Of a stretch of 64,000 nucleotides of DNA, positions 12,671 to 25,046 are shown piece after piece (position 1 is the first letter of the stretch; each line of letters begins with the position of its first letter). A program made the position numbers and the translations under genes. The stretch lies in the NCBI GenBank assembly GCA_965235115.1, contig OZ249442.1, positions 11,284,001-11,348,000 on the forward strand, read 5' to 3'. The DNA is from Laetmonice hystrix. Its lineage: Eukaryota. The notes beneath the pieces were generated by a model that was given only the letters and a program-made list of their open reading frames with translations, made no database searches and was not told where the DNA came from.

Positions 12671-13441
12671 TGGCGGACCAATAGGTAACGGCGTTTGCCA
12701 ATCAGAACTTCTGATGCCATTTCCGGTGCAGAAATAACTTCCTATTTCGTGTTTTGCGTCTGGAAAGCCCGAGATGTTGCGATTGCGGCATTTGCTCCCT
12801 GGAGTTCTTTCCGATGTATAGGCTACTTAAACACCACCTTGACTATTTTGAACATTTAGGCTAACTTTCCCACCGAGGCCTTTCCCTTTTGCAATTGACC
12901 ACGTGTTCTAGGCCTACATTTGGGGTCATCGGCCAATCACTTGGGGGCGTTTGAAGTTGCATGATTGCAAGACATTCGGGATTCCCTTGTGCATAATCAC
13001 GTCACTTCCTGCTATTCAAATATACCCTCCGGTGAATTAGTGGCCATGTTGGCAACCAGATACATGGCCAAATGAAGCTGTGTAGCGAGGCACTGAGTGA
13101 ACCGTCATATCCCATCGAGCCAGGAAGTAGTGCATTATTTTAAACCTGCTCCTTGGCATCGTATGTGCAAATATAAATTTGTGGTATGAAGGGGGACGTT
13201 TGAAGAAGAAAAATGAATCACCTAATTTATCTAAATCGACGCGTAATATGGAAATTCATCAAATTATAAGAAGCAATATGGCCGCGCCCATGAACGACAA
13301 CAACACGACACATGGTAGCACAACTTGTATCATGAACATGATTCTATCGCATCCAAGTTGAGGGCAAGAAAAAAAACTGATGCGCGGCATTTGAAGTGAC
13401 GCGCGCGGGTACCAGAAACCGGGATTTTTTTCTTGGCCTGA

Positions 13442-13631
13442 GCAGGGTTTCCTGCAGGCCCTTTTTGGGGGGGAGCCCCCCCCCCCACCCCATTATTTAG
13501 CTACTACCCCCCCCCCCCCCAAAAAAAAAATCCCAGGGGGAAATATTTTGAATTACTCCCCCCCCCCCCCAAACTCACAGCATCCCCCCCCCCCCCAAAA
13601 AAAAAAGTCGAAAATCTCCAGGAAAGCCTGC
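13442..13631. mobile_element. Non-autonomous TIR element with poly-C/poly-A interior
   Basis: Ends GCAGGGTTTCCTGCAG and CTCCAGGAAAGCCTGC are 14/16 inverse; no clear TSD. Confidence 0.5.
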
Positions 13632-14110
13632 TAAGGTATATTTATTATGCCTGGCCTAGCGTAGATTGTAAAAAATATATCCCATTGTCTGTACACAATC
13701 CTAGTAGGCGTACACCAGACCGGGAGAGTCCCCTGTACAGAACGTCGAGAATTATACTTCATTCGTGACATGTAGGCCCTATTTCGCCAAAACAAAATTC
13801 ACAAGTTATAGAATAACTAGAGTACGGTGGATCAAATCCCTCTTAATTTGCAATCAAAACGTAAACGCGAAAACGCCGCATTTGCCTGCTTCAGTGGCCT
13901 CTTTCCCGAAACTACTAACTATACTGAATATTACGACATTGGAGAAACGCCGAAGTCGCGCGGAAACCTGATACTGAGATTAACCACAAGTACAACCAAA
14001 CCTAACGAACAGTACATGTACATTGTTATACGAAACTTCAGAATGGGATATTATTATTTAAACCGATTCCTTTACCGACAATGATTCAGTGGGAGGGGGG
14101 GGGGTGAGGG

Positions 14111-14403
14111 AATAATACACACCATTGAATAGACACATCATAGAAAATAATACACACCTATAGACCATTGAATAGACACATCATAGAAAATAATACACAC
14201 CTATAGACCATTGAATAGACACGTCATAGAAAATAATACACACACCTATAGATCATTGAATAGACACATCATAGAAAATAATACACACCTATAGATCATT
14301 GAATAGACACATCATAGAAAATAATACACACCTATAGATCATTGAATAGACACATCATAGAAAATAATACACACCTATAGGCCATTGAATAGACACATCA
14401 TAG
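14111..14403. repeat. 43-bp minisatellite, ~7 copies
   Basis: Unit AATAATACACACCTATAGA(C/T)CATTGAATAGACACATCATAGAA; period 43 (14146/14189). Confidence 0.95.
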
Positions 14404-14813
14404 CTTTGAATTTAAAGGGCCGTGCGTGCAATTCTAAAAGGGAGCCACGACGAATAATACTGAAAAGTGCTAAATGCCGGTTTTCTTTCCTAAAATGATA
14501 AAAGAACAGTTCGGTCTATACACCGGCGCCGATTGCCACGTTTTCAATGCGTATAGGACGTAAAGAGACGAGTTTCCATAGGAAAGGAAAAGGTGATACA
14601 CCGTTTCAAGTACAGAAAACGGTTAATCTGGAGGGGGCATACAAGTAAAAACGGGTTGGGGGCATCCCTTTTCTGATTTCGTCAAGGGTTTGGGGGGTGG
14701 GGGGTGGGGGTGGGGGGGGGGGCAGGTGCCCCCTAGCTCCACCCTCAACCGGAAGTAAGGAGTAATGAACGCTCAGTGTCGTGCCCACCAGTGGTTGATT
14801 GCTGTATGTCAAC

Positions 14814-14819
14814 TTTATT
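14814..14819 (-). terminator. Candidate AATAAA polyadenylation signal for the minus-strand membrane-protein gene
   Basis: TTTATT on the + strand at the far end of a ~3.4-kb AT-rich stretch downstream of the stop at 18248; assignment is inference only. Confidence 0.2.
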
Positions 14820-17800
14820 GGTCGCTTCATGGTTCAGGTGAAGTCCATTTACATAAATATATATAGACTTCAAAAACCAGTCATAATAAATAAAGTATCT
14901 AAATGCTCATATTAACAGGAATAATCGTGCACTATGTTATTTCCCCGTGTGTTCCTAAGGTAGTTGTACCGACTCCATGAGATAGGATAACACCCGAAAA
15001 TAGAATAATCCAAATTTTATACCAGAAACTAGACACACCGGACGGTTTTGAAAAACCTACACAGTCTATTTCAACTCCCATATTGATGTGGTAAAAAAAA
15101 CATCATAATGCAAAATTAAAGTTAACGCTGTATATTTCCGGTCTACCCCTATTGCATATTCAATCCCAGCAGATTTCATCAGAGTATCAGAGTGTTTTGT
15201 GTCCATTTAACGATCATATATAAAAATCTGAACACATCATAAAGTCGCCTCGCCTTTACTCTGGCAACTCCTGTACAAAATTGTAATATAAAAAGGACTA
15301 TTAATATATATCGGTATCAAAATTGTTCCTACATGATCGCACTCAATCCCACGCCTCTTACACCTTGTAAAAATACTGCACTGGTCACAGCGCAATATGA
15401 AAACTCAGCACACGCTGGCATCGCTAATAGTTACATTACACCCTGATAAAAGTTCCCTTATTACGGCATAATGCCACACATCTCTATTCTAAGGAAAGCA
15501 CGGTGGTCAAGGAATCATAAGTAGCATGCCTACGATGGACCTCTGACACAGTTGAACAGTTTCTTGACATAAAATATTGAGCAATAGTGTCAATAAGTTA
15601 AGGACATTGTGGTAAGAATGTCTAGTAACTCTGGCTGAAAATTGTGCACGACCCTGTAGCCTGTCCAATACCAGATAAGCCGACAATTGTACGCTGAACA
15701 CTTTGTCCTTTAAAATTATTCCAATGGCCCTTCACATATACATGTGATTAAATATTTTTATGGGTACATCTGTTATCGTCCACAGATATTTTACTGAGGT
15801 GAAAAAATACGGAGGCCTTCACATTTTATCTCGTCTGTACGAGGACGGTCTAAGCCTCGGTCGTCGGGCGTCAAAATCTCTCTACTAACGTCGTGACGTC
15901 CAAATCGTGGCTCCTTACAAGGAATGCGCTGTGGCCAAAACGGGCCACTGACAGACGAGACCTCAACAGGTGACAACAGTACACGTTTTGGGTCTCAATG
16001 TTCTATATCGATATCTCAGAGAAGCAAAGCAAGTTTCTAAAAGCACAAAGGCAAGATGAGGTATGAGGTAGAATATATACAGAAAGTAACTTCGTAACAA
16101 AAGTAGCAAAAAGAAGTGGCAACTTGCATACTTATTAAAACCACGCACGCCCTTCAGGCTCTGTGGAATGCATTAATGCCAAAATACAAGTGGCGGAAAC
16201 GATAATTGTGTAAAAAGCAGAGGTTTTACTGTCACATGGAATGAATTCGGTCCTCTTGCCCCATGCATAACCTTCTGTCCCAGGTCACACAGGCCAATGG
16301 GTATTCTTCAATGGGTATTCTTTTAAAATGCAAAATAGGTACCGTTTTCTTGATTTCAACATGGCACGTAGCATGGCACGTAAAGTCCCCCCCCCCGGTA
16401 ATACTAAAATGTTCTATTCGTTCTCATATACCAATCTCATCATATCTATGTTACATACATAGATCAGGTTCAGGACAAGTAAACTTCATTTTATCCCTAC
16501 TGCCTGATCAGCAGGCCTAGAGTTACATGAAGAATATAATAACGTGTCCATGCTATCGGTCAAATGCCAAAAAGTCACAAAAGAACAAAACTTGTAACAG
16601 CAACATCAGATGAAAGGCCTTTCGTGATAAATTAACACATTTTTAAAGTGTAACATCAAAAGGTAATTTAACAGCACTGACACGTTTTAATGATAATCTG
16701 TACCTTTTCAATATGACAGCAAAACAAACATTCCACCGCGTCGTCTGTCCCATAGTTCATCCCTATAAAATATCATAATCATATAAATGCTCACATACAA
16801 TATGAACATTAAAAATACAAACGACGCAGCAGGGACAATAAAAGTATTGTTTCCCTTCTATCACTCATATCACACAACACTTCCTAGAAACCATTCGGGA
16901 AACACTTATTCCATCCATACAACCGTTGATGTCTGTCAAAAATACTCAATTGTCTCAACAAGCACTACACGTATTAAAATGTACAAAACAAAACTCTTCT
17001 GCCAATATTAATTTAGCTTTATATTTAAGGGGCACAATTGGACTTTTTTGTCATTTATATAAAATTTTATCAGAAACATATATACCGGTAGTCATATATG
17101 GCTCCTTGACAGCTATCAAAACTACTGGTTAGTGGTATTATATTTCTGAAATACTGACATTTTAGGCATAAAATCAACAGATTTCTTCTGCAGGGACATG
17201 TACTGAAAGACATTTTTCTGGGAGCAGTGAAGGCCTCAGTACTGGAAGACATGTTTTACATTAAAATACGTTGTGATATTCTAATATAGATATATAGAAC
17301 ACATGATATTTTATGATCTGATCATGACCACATAGGTAGTTGCCTGCGTTCTGCAGAGTTACCACTGTCATGGATAGTACTACCCTTTTTACCCTGTGAG
17401 TGTGCCTCAAATCATTGTCAAAAATCCTCCAAGATTCAATCAACATCATGTTCAATCAGTTCAGGTACATGTATAATACAAAAACCAGACATGTTAATAC
17501 TAATTACAATCCTGAAAATTCATTGTCAAAAAGTAATTAGGTATGGTAGTTATACAAAAACATGTACACGTTTCAAAAAACACAATTGATGTAATGTCAA
17601 TTGTTAGAAACTGTCTAAACATGATGGCAAATATAACCTTCCTTTTCAGTTCAAGTACCTGTTAATTATAAGACCAATTATAAGGCTCTTTACTCTAGAA
17701 AAACATCTATGAACTTGCACTGCTCTGATGGAAATCTGAAATATTATAGTAACATTAACCTGCAAAGCACTTTATAGATCACATATAACATTGAGACACT

Positions 17801-18247
17801 TAGGCCGAACCCCACATTGTAAAATTTCGCCCAGTGGCCAAGCAAGCTGGCATTACGTGTGAAATAATGGCAATGGCAACATTGGTTGTGCTGTACTTAT
17901 ATTAACAATGAAAGACAGCACAATTTAAATGGGACAGAACGAGGGTTTCCCTGTAGATATTTAAAAGAAAATTCGTAATGTTAGGCCTATTATTATGCTT
18001 CTTTTTGATTATTAACAGAAGGCAACGCAACAAAATCCAGGTTTTGTAGTCTACTCACTGGAGATTCTGGATTGGTTCAAATGCTTATTCTCTGCCAACA
18101 TAAAGACGGGCAACAAAAACAGTTTATGGGACAAACAACTTGACCAACACTGACCCTGAACGTTTCTAAAAGTATATCAAGGTGGAGCATGATAAGAACC
18201 ACTTCCCTGGAATCATATTTAGTTCGGCACAATGGTGTTGAGGCAAG

Positions 18248-18718
18248 TCATAAGGCAATAGATCTAGTAGTAGTATTAGTTGTCATACTGTTGTGAACTT
18301 CAGCCTCAGTGTTGTTAGCATCAATGTCAGCTACCTGGCAACGGCTTGAGCTAATTCTAGAAACAACATCGCTACTATCACTACTTTGGCGAGAATTAGA
18401 CGCACCCTCGCCATCTGGTTTTGGTCCCTGTTCTATCTCTCTGTCGTCTGCATTGCGCGTTTTCTTTCTCTTATCGTTACGGTCGTCTGCCTCAGTCAAT
18501 CGCTCACGTTGTTCGTGATTGCCACCAGGCGGCTCTCCTGTCGGTGTCTCCCGCAAAAGGTTGGATTGTTGTTGGTAATGGCCATCAGGTGGCGCCACAT
18601 TCTCCACAGCTGGTGTCAACGCCTCTGGTGGCGCGGCAGAACTCTGCGGGACGCCCCCAGGGGGAGCTGCGATCGTGTAGGCCGGCGGGCTTGGTGGTAG
18701 TTGCCGTGAACCACCATA
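18248..18718 (-). CDS. Last coding exon of single-pass membrane protein with PPxY motifs (contains PPAY)
   Basis: Acceptor ctctccttacag|TAT, phase 0. Reads YGGSRQLPPSPPAYTIAAPPGG... and continues in the 18248-18619 ORF frame to TGA. Confidence 0.85.
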   Translation of the reverse strand, partial: YGGSRQLPPSPPAYTIAAPPGGVPQSSAAPPEALTPAVENVAPPDGHYQQQSNLLRETPTGEPPGGNHEQRERLTEADDRNDKRKKTRNADDREIEQGPKPDGEGASNSRQSSDSSDVVSRISSSRCQVADIDANNTEAEVHNSMTTNTTTRSIAL

Positions 18719-18957
18719 CTGTAAGGAGAGTTACGTAAACTATTTCATCCTATAAAAATGCAGAACAATTCAGTCGTTTATGTCCTAAAGAAGAAACTTA
18801 TAAAAGAAAACGGCCTACAGGAAAACCTAGCCTTAAACTTTGCAGGGTCGATGGAGTGAGACTTTGTGACTTAGGACTGCAGACAGTTTGGTTCGATATT
18901 GGCATACATGCTGTGATAAATCTCTGACTACACTAACAAATACGAATTCATTCTTAC

Positions 18958-19148
18958 CGGTTGCTGCTGACTGGTGGGATAACTCGGGTTGACTGGACTT
19001 AAGATAGCTTCATCATAGGAGGGCGGCTGTTCAGGGTAGAAGGGGCCCGGGGCGCCACCTGGCGGGACCGTCCCGTACCCATGGCCTGGTCCTTGCCCCC
19101 GGCCGTGCTGTTGTAGGTGGTAGCCGTAATTCCGATAGGCATTGACGT
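18958..19148 (-). CDS. Internal coding exon of PPxY membrane protein (contains PPSYDEA)
   Basis: tctgccttccag|ACGTC...CAACCG|gtaaga; 191 nt, phase 1 in and phase 0 out. Reads NVNAYRNYGYHLQQHGRGQGPGHGYGTVPPGGAPGPFYPEQPPSYDEAILSPVNPSYPTSQQQP. Confidence 0.9.
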
Positions 19149-20202
19149 CTGGAAGGCAGAAATATTACATGTATAAAACGCCACTACACATGTAATGATA
19201 GAACCTGAATATGGTGCAGTATAAAGTGTCACCACTCGTATTACCTAGGAATATGGTTCAATGCACATGGCCCAATATTTTTACAGTATTCTTTATATTT
19301 CATGGAATGCAACTGAACTAATATCAAAAGAGACAGAGATTTTTCTACTAGCCTAGTTCCATTACATATAAATATAACGACTTTTTGCCCACTCCTGCCT
19401 GTGGTAGCCAGGTGTCAAAGCCAGGAACAGGTGGACAACTCCGTCCCCTCGAGATATTTTTACTGACACGAGTGGACAGGTGTAGCAGGAATCAATAACT
19501 ACACAAGACCCCTCAGATATGAACAGCTGCTACCATGCTTTCACCTCAAGAAATAAGTTATGTAGGGATGAATTTTACTGTCATTGATAGCTTGCAAACA
19601 ATGGAGCTTCCAGTAAGAGAATATATGTAATTGTTTTGTTGTAGAAACATTATAGCCTATCTCGAACAGAAAGTAAAAAAACCCCAACTTTGTCAGGCTT
19701 TCTATATCTAAAACACTGTCCAATCATGCTAATAAAACACTACATAGCTAAGTAGGTTGCCTCTATTAACATGAATAAAATGGCACTACCAAAAGTGACA
19801 GACAATCAGACATGAACATGCTCCACTGAATAAGATAATGATATATTCCATACAACCTCAGATATTCGAGAAGCATGGATGCACCACTCAAGTTCTAGTT
19901 GGTACCGGTAATAAGAAAGTTACTTGTGACTGAAATAAACAGCTATGACACATGCCGTGTCGGAAATCACTGACGCGCAACCTACTCTAATTGAAAATTC
20001 AAGTATCTTATTTCCTTTTTAGTAGAGTGATAATTTTTAAAACTGCCAAACTGCAAGGAACATTTCCCCCAATTTTTCAAATTCATGGGGCAACTTTACA
20101 ATGTTTTTCCCTTTTTCTTCCATCTTCTGATGTGATGTTGAACAACCTAAAACCCATCAGAAAAGTTTGTTTGTATGTCCCCTGGGCCCTACTAATACTC
20201 AC

Positions 20203-20527
20203 TCATAGCCACTCCTCCACTAATGGACCTTAGACTGGCTACCGGACCCTCTGCCTGGCGCTGGCGGCGTCTTCGTGCTTTTGTGTATGCCACAACCATG
20301 CATAGGATCATGCAAACAAGAACTGTTATTGCTAAAGGAATACCAAAATCTGTAGCATTCAAGGAATATGCTCGGTGTCTTGTTGGTCTCGAACTCCTAG
20401 TAGTAAACCAGTAATCCGTCTCATCCCTGTACACTGTTGTCAAACTCCCGACCGTCACGCTCTGTGGTGGTAACTCCCGGGTTGTGGACGTGACGTTTTC
20501 AGGATTCTGCTCACTTGGCGTTGACAT
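20203..20527 (-). CDS. First recognisable coding exon of PPxY membrane protein (S/T-rich N-terminus, TM helix, basic stop-transfer)
   Basis: The exon starts after acceptor tattttctctgcag at 20595, with an in-frame TAA upstream of ATG 20527. It has NVT and NAT sequons, TM FGIPLAITVLVCMILCMVVAY, then TKARRRRQR, and donor ATGA|gtgagt (phase 1). Confidence 0.85.
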
Positions 20528-21000
20528 GATGTAGCTGGCGATAGGTTCCTTAACTCCTGGCTCATCTTCAAATGACTCTTAACACTGACTCATAGCTGCA
20601 GAGAAAATACATAATTAATGAACCAGTTGTTATGCTGGACACTATACAGGATGACAGACCACCAGGCGTGTCCTGATGAGACATAACATTCCAGTCACCA
20701 GTGTGCCAATATTTGAAAAACAATATACACGTACTGCTGGCTTTTACAATTGCGACCTCTTTTACTCACACTGGTCACAAACTCACTCTCCAATAATTTC
20801 ATTTTAAAATGAGCAACAAGAATGTACTCTTGAGTGCAAACTTGCGATTTTTTACATGCTACCCCTGTTTGTATGTTTTCATGACATGTTATCCCAGATG
20901 AACCTGAACAAGGAAGATTGATTATAACTGATTCTAATTCTATCCTCACATTATGACATCTTAATGATATAACAATGAGATTATTATTCCCCACAGACTG

Positions 21001-21112
21001 TGACGTCAAAATCCACTAAGCCATGCAACTTCAAACGGAAGGTACCAATCGGGAACCTGGGCGGTGCCATTGTGCTGTTGCAGGGGTTAATATTTTTCTC
21101 AATTGTGATTGG
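21001..21112. promoter_or_regulatory. Promoter/enhancer-like motif cluster
   Basis: TGACGTCA (21001-21008), CCAAT (21045), GGGCGG (21059) and ATTGG (21108) within 112 bp, just upstream of the membrane-protein exon. Confidence 0.3.
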
Positions 21113-21779
21113 TCAAAAGAATGTCAATTAATTAGAAACATGCAAGCAAGACTGCATAGGCTAGACTATAGTATAGGCCCTGTGATCAGCAATCATGTAC
21201 AAGGCTACACACTACGCACTCTGCTATGACTATGTCAGTGACATATAACTTAAGTTATGTGAGGCAGTAGAAAGTAGGTAACGTTTATGTAACTAATCAT
21301 CAGGACCTCAGTCATCATGTCAAAATCTAGGCCTCTGCCTCGGCCTGGTTCCACAATATTTTTTTTTTTTTTTTTTTTTTTTGATTGCTTTATTTACCCT
21401 GGCTAGACGTCAGCGTTGCCGCTGGTTTTCACAGTCAGCCAGCAAGTTGTACAGCGTCGGAGAGTTTCACAATTACAGAATTCTGTATATTTAATAAACA
21501 TTTAGAGAAAACAAGGCCCTCCCTGGGCTCTTAGTCTTTAAAAGTAATATAAACATAGATACGTATGAGAGACAGCACAAATGAGTTAAGTTACCAACGT
21601 AAGAAACTCAGTTGTGAGTTATTATAGTACATACCGTGCAATATATCACAGTACAGTCGTAAACTCTGGGCCATACACATGCTCATGCACATTTTAGCTG
21701 CTATCTCAAGACGCTATCATACAATTGGAGCGACATAAGTGTTACACAGGGCCGAACAATGCACACCGCAATGGTAAGT

Positions 21780-24662
21780 TCATTCATCAACTGGGAAAAG
21801 GGTTGAGCTCAGCATACAGTTCTTCTGATAGTACTTAAACTGGTTGTATGTTGGGATGTTTCGTATGCTTACAGTTAGGTCATTCCAGGCTATGGCACCT
21901 CTATATAGCGGGTTTCTCTTAAATTTTTCCAGTTTAGGTTGCGGGACCTTAAACACTAGGGCCTCATGAGTTCTGGTAGTAATGTTTCGGGTATCAACAA
22001 TATCTAGTGAGTTTTGTTGCTTGTACATAAAGTTTCTGAGGTGTGCCAGCCTTCGTGGGACTAATTTTGCAGTGTTACACCTTCGATGTAAGTCGATGGT
22101 TGAAATATAACCCATTTCATTAATACAGATTCTGAGACCGCGGTTCTGTAGAGTTTGGAGCTTTTTCATATCCGACTGGTTACCACCATCATATATAATG
22201 TCCCCATAATCCAGGATGGGAAGAATCATAGTTTTATATATCGCTAAGCTCGCTTGGAATGTAATAAGCCCCCTTATCTTAGCTAATATATAAGTTTTGT
22301 GTGCAACTAGTCGGTGACAGTTGTCAATATGCTTGTTGAAGGTTAATTGAGCATCCAGAGTAATTCCTAAATATTTATAGCAGTATGTCCGTTCAATATT
22401 CCTGTTATTAAACACCAGGTTATGGTTCTTGATCTTTTTGGTTTGTGATTTTAACCCATATAGTACATATTTAGTCTTTTTAGGGTTGATAGTCAGCTTA
22501 TTACTCACAGCCCATTCAGCTAAGCCAGTCAAGTCATCTTGGATATGCCTGGTGACATCAGCGATGGCTCTGCCAGACTTAAAGACTACGGTATCATCTG
22601 CATGGAGTTGGATGTTTGAAAAACGTATGGCAGTAAACATATCATTTACATAAACTAGGAAGAGTAGAGGGCCCAGAACCGATCCTTGCGGTACTCCACA
22701 GACTATTTCCTTTTTCTCTGAGAGAGCATTGTTGCATGATGTGCGTTGGGAACGGTTGGTGAGATAATCAGTGAACCATTGTTGCGATAGACCTTTGACT
22801 CCTAAAAAATCTAATTTTTTTAAGAGAATCGAGTGATTAACCGTATCAAAAGCTTTTGATAGGTCTATGAAAGTGGCAATCGTGACTTCTCCGTCATTCA
22901 GTGCTTTAAAAAGTTTATCAACAAGGTTTACCACTGCGCCAGTGGTAGAGTGGTTCGGACGGAATCCACTTTGTCGCTCGTCTAGCAGGTTATTTTCTTC
23001 GAGATGGTTGCGAAGTCTGTTACCTACCACCTTCTCCATTAGTTTCCCTGGGATGGGGAGGAGTGAGACCGGTCTTAGGTTTGAAACGTCGGCTTTGTTA
23101 CCCTCTTTTTGAAGAGGAATAATGGTAGCACACTTCCAGTCTTGAGGAAAAATCCCGGTCGTGAATGATAGGTTAAACAGACGAGCTATCTTATCGGGGA
23201 CAGCAAGGAATGCATCCTTTAAAACCTTACTAGAAATGGTATGAACTGACGACGCTTTGTAGATATTTATTTGTTTTGTCAGGCTAATGACTTCGTCAAT
23301 GGTTGTCAGGATGTCACCCATTCTGTGGTCACATTTTGTACCCTTGTACTCCCATCTGGTATTGTGCTGCCTCGCAAGTTTAGGTCCAATATTAACAAAG
23401 AAGTTATTTACATAATCTGCAGTGCGATGTTCTTCAACAATGTTATCTGTTTCTGCATCAGTAAGATTAAAGGTAATCGCTTGCGATTTATTATTGGGTA
23501 GCACTTGTTTAATTGTTTGCCAGAATTTCTTGCTGTTGTCACTATTAGCTTCGAGATTGTCTTTAATAAAATCAGACTTGGCCCTACGTACTCTACCCAG
23601 TGTAAGGTTCCTTAAGGTTCTAGCTATTTCACGGTCTTCCGGGTTCTTAGTGCGCCGAGCCCGTTTCAGGGCATAGTCCTTGTCTTTAATAAGCTCGAGT
23701 AGCTCAGGGTTAATCCAAGGGTCCTTTTCTTGTTTGATTTTAAACATTTTTAATGGGCACATCTTGTCAATTATCTCCTTAATACTACTAAGGAGAATAT
23801 TCCAGGCTCTATCTGGGTGTGTTGCGGCATCGAATCCCTGCCAATCAATGTCCCTAAGGCGATCTTTAAAATCCGTAGCGTTATATTGCCTGTAGGATCT
23901 CCCGGTAAAGGACACTTTCTTTTTAACAGATACTCCTTTCTTCCTCGTCACGTAAACCATAATGTGATCACTAATGTTACAGTCCACTAGTCCTGAGTTA
24001 GCAATAAATTCCGAGTTGGTCAGGATCAGGTCCAGGCAGCTACATCTCCTATCAGATAATCTAGTAGGTTCGGTAATCAGTTGACGTAGGCCATTAGATC
24101 TGATCAGGTTAGATAACAATTTTGTGTTTTCATTTTTTTTATCGAGGTAGTCAATGTTAAAGTCGCCCAAGACGAAGACGTCTTGCCTAGTTAGACTGAC
24201 TTCTGATAAGGCGGCGCCAATACTTTCTATAAAAGATTTGGGATTACCTTGGGGAGGTCTGTACACTGTGGCGACTATAATTTTTCGTTGGTTTATCGGC
24301 TTAAGCGTTATCCATTGGATCTCGATATTTGAGTTACTGAGGTTAAGATTGCATAGGTCGGTTTCCGAGAAGGGAATCCCTGATCTAATAAAAGTCGCAA
24401 CGCCCCCTCCTTTTTTGGGGCTGGAGCCATGGTTTCCTTGAGAGTTCCAGGTTCTATCGGATCTAGTTAGGTTAAAGCCGGGGATGGAAATCATATTATC
24501 AGATAGTTGAGTGCTAAGCCAGGTTTCCGAGATAGATAGAACGTCAAGTCTCGAGTTAGCCATATAGTTTTTGAGAAGGTCTACCTTCCTGAAGATGCTC
24601 CTAGTGTTCAGATGTGCTAAGTGTAGGCCCTTACGACTAGTTACCAATGTTAGGTCTTCCAT
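21780..24662 (-). CDS. LINE ORF2: APE endonuclease + reverse transcriptase, 960 aa
   Basis: APE motifs HLNTRS, ISETWL, VYRPP, LGDFNID, LDLIL, ISDH. RT motifs LRPVSLL, QSGFR, FIDLSKAFD, GVPQGSVLGP, HADD, YKYLGI. No stops or frameshifts. Confidence 0.97.
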   Translation of the reverse strand: MEDLTLVTSRKGLHLAHLNTRSIFRKVDLLKNYMANSRLDVLSISETWLSTQLSDNMISIPGFNLTRSDRTWNSQGNHGSSPKKGGGVATFIRSGIPFSETDLCNLNLSNSNIEIQWITLKPINQRKIIVATVYRPPQGNPKSFIESIGAALSEVSLTRQDVFVLGDFNIDYLDKKNENTKLLSNLIRSNGLRQLITEPTRLSDRRCSCLDLILTNSEFIANSGLVDCNISDHIMVYVTRKKGVSVKKKVSFTGRSYRQYNATDFKDRLRDIDWQGFDAATHPDRAWNILLSSIKEIIDKMCPLKMFKIKQEKDPWINPELLELIKDKDYALKRARRTKNPEDREIARTLRNLTLGRVRRAKSDFIKDNLEANSDNSKKFWQTIKQVLPNNKSQAITFNLTDAETDNIVEEHRTADYVNNFFVNIGPKLARQHNTRWEYKGTKCDHRMGDILTTIDEVISLTKQINIYKASSVHTISSKVLKDAFLAVPDKIARLFNLSFTTGIFPQDWKCATIIPLQKEGNKADVSNLRPVSLLPIPGKLMEKVVGNRLRNHLEENNLLDERQSGFRPNHSTTGAVVNLVDKLFKALNDGEVTIATFIDLSKAFDTVNHSILLKKLDFLGVKGLSQQWFTDYLTNRSQRTSCNNALSEKKEIVCGVPQGSVLGPLLFLVYVNDMFTAIRFSNIQLHADDTVVFKSGRAIADVTRHIQDDLTGLAEWAVSNKLTINPKKTKYVLYGLKSQTKKIKNHNLVFNNRNIERTYCYKYLGITLDAQLTFNKHIDNCHRLVAHKTYILAKIRGLITFQASLAIYKTMILPILDYGDIIYDGGNQSDMKKLQTLQNRGLRICINEMGYISTIDLHRRCNTAKLVPRRLAHLRNFMYKQQNSLDIVDTRNITTRTHEALVFKVPQPKLEKFKRNPLYRGAIAWNDLTVSIRNIPTYNQFKYYQKNCMLSSTLFPVDE

Positions 24663-25046
24663 GTGAGAGTGAATTCAGCATAGCATGTTCTACGTACGTT
24701 TAACGCTATCTTCATCGTATCCCAAATATAAGTACATAAACTGATGTTGTGATGACCTTGGTGTATGCATATGTTGCTACCAGGGTCATAAACAGCAGAC
24801 TGAGTCATGAGAGAGTCGTAATACCTTAGTGGCCGACTACACATGGGTGGAAGCCAGCCCCTCCGTTTGAAAACCTATCAGCAGCATTATACATATTTAT
24901 CTACAAGCCTCGTGCGTCATATAGCAGTGAACAATATTAAGCTATTTACACGCCTTCATTAGTTGGATACGTTCTCAACATCCTACAATTGGGGTCGGTA
25001 TCCTCCTTGGGACACATTCCAGATAGATACATGCATTTCGCCCGGG

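Noticed and set aside
22429-24441. Plus-strand ORFs of 71-95 aa overlapping LINE ORF2
   Set aside because: Antisense shadows of the long ORF2.
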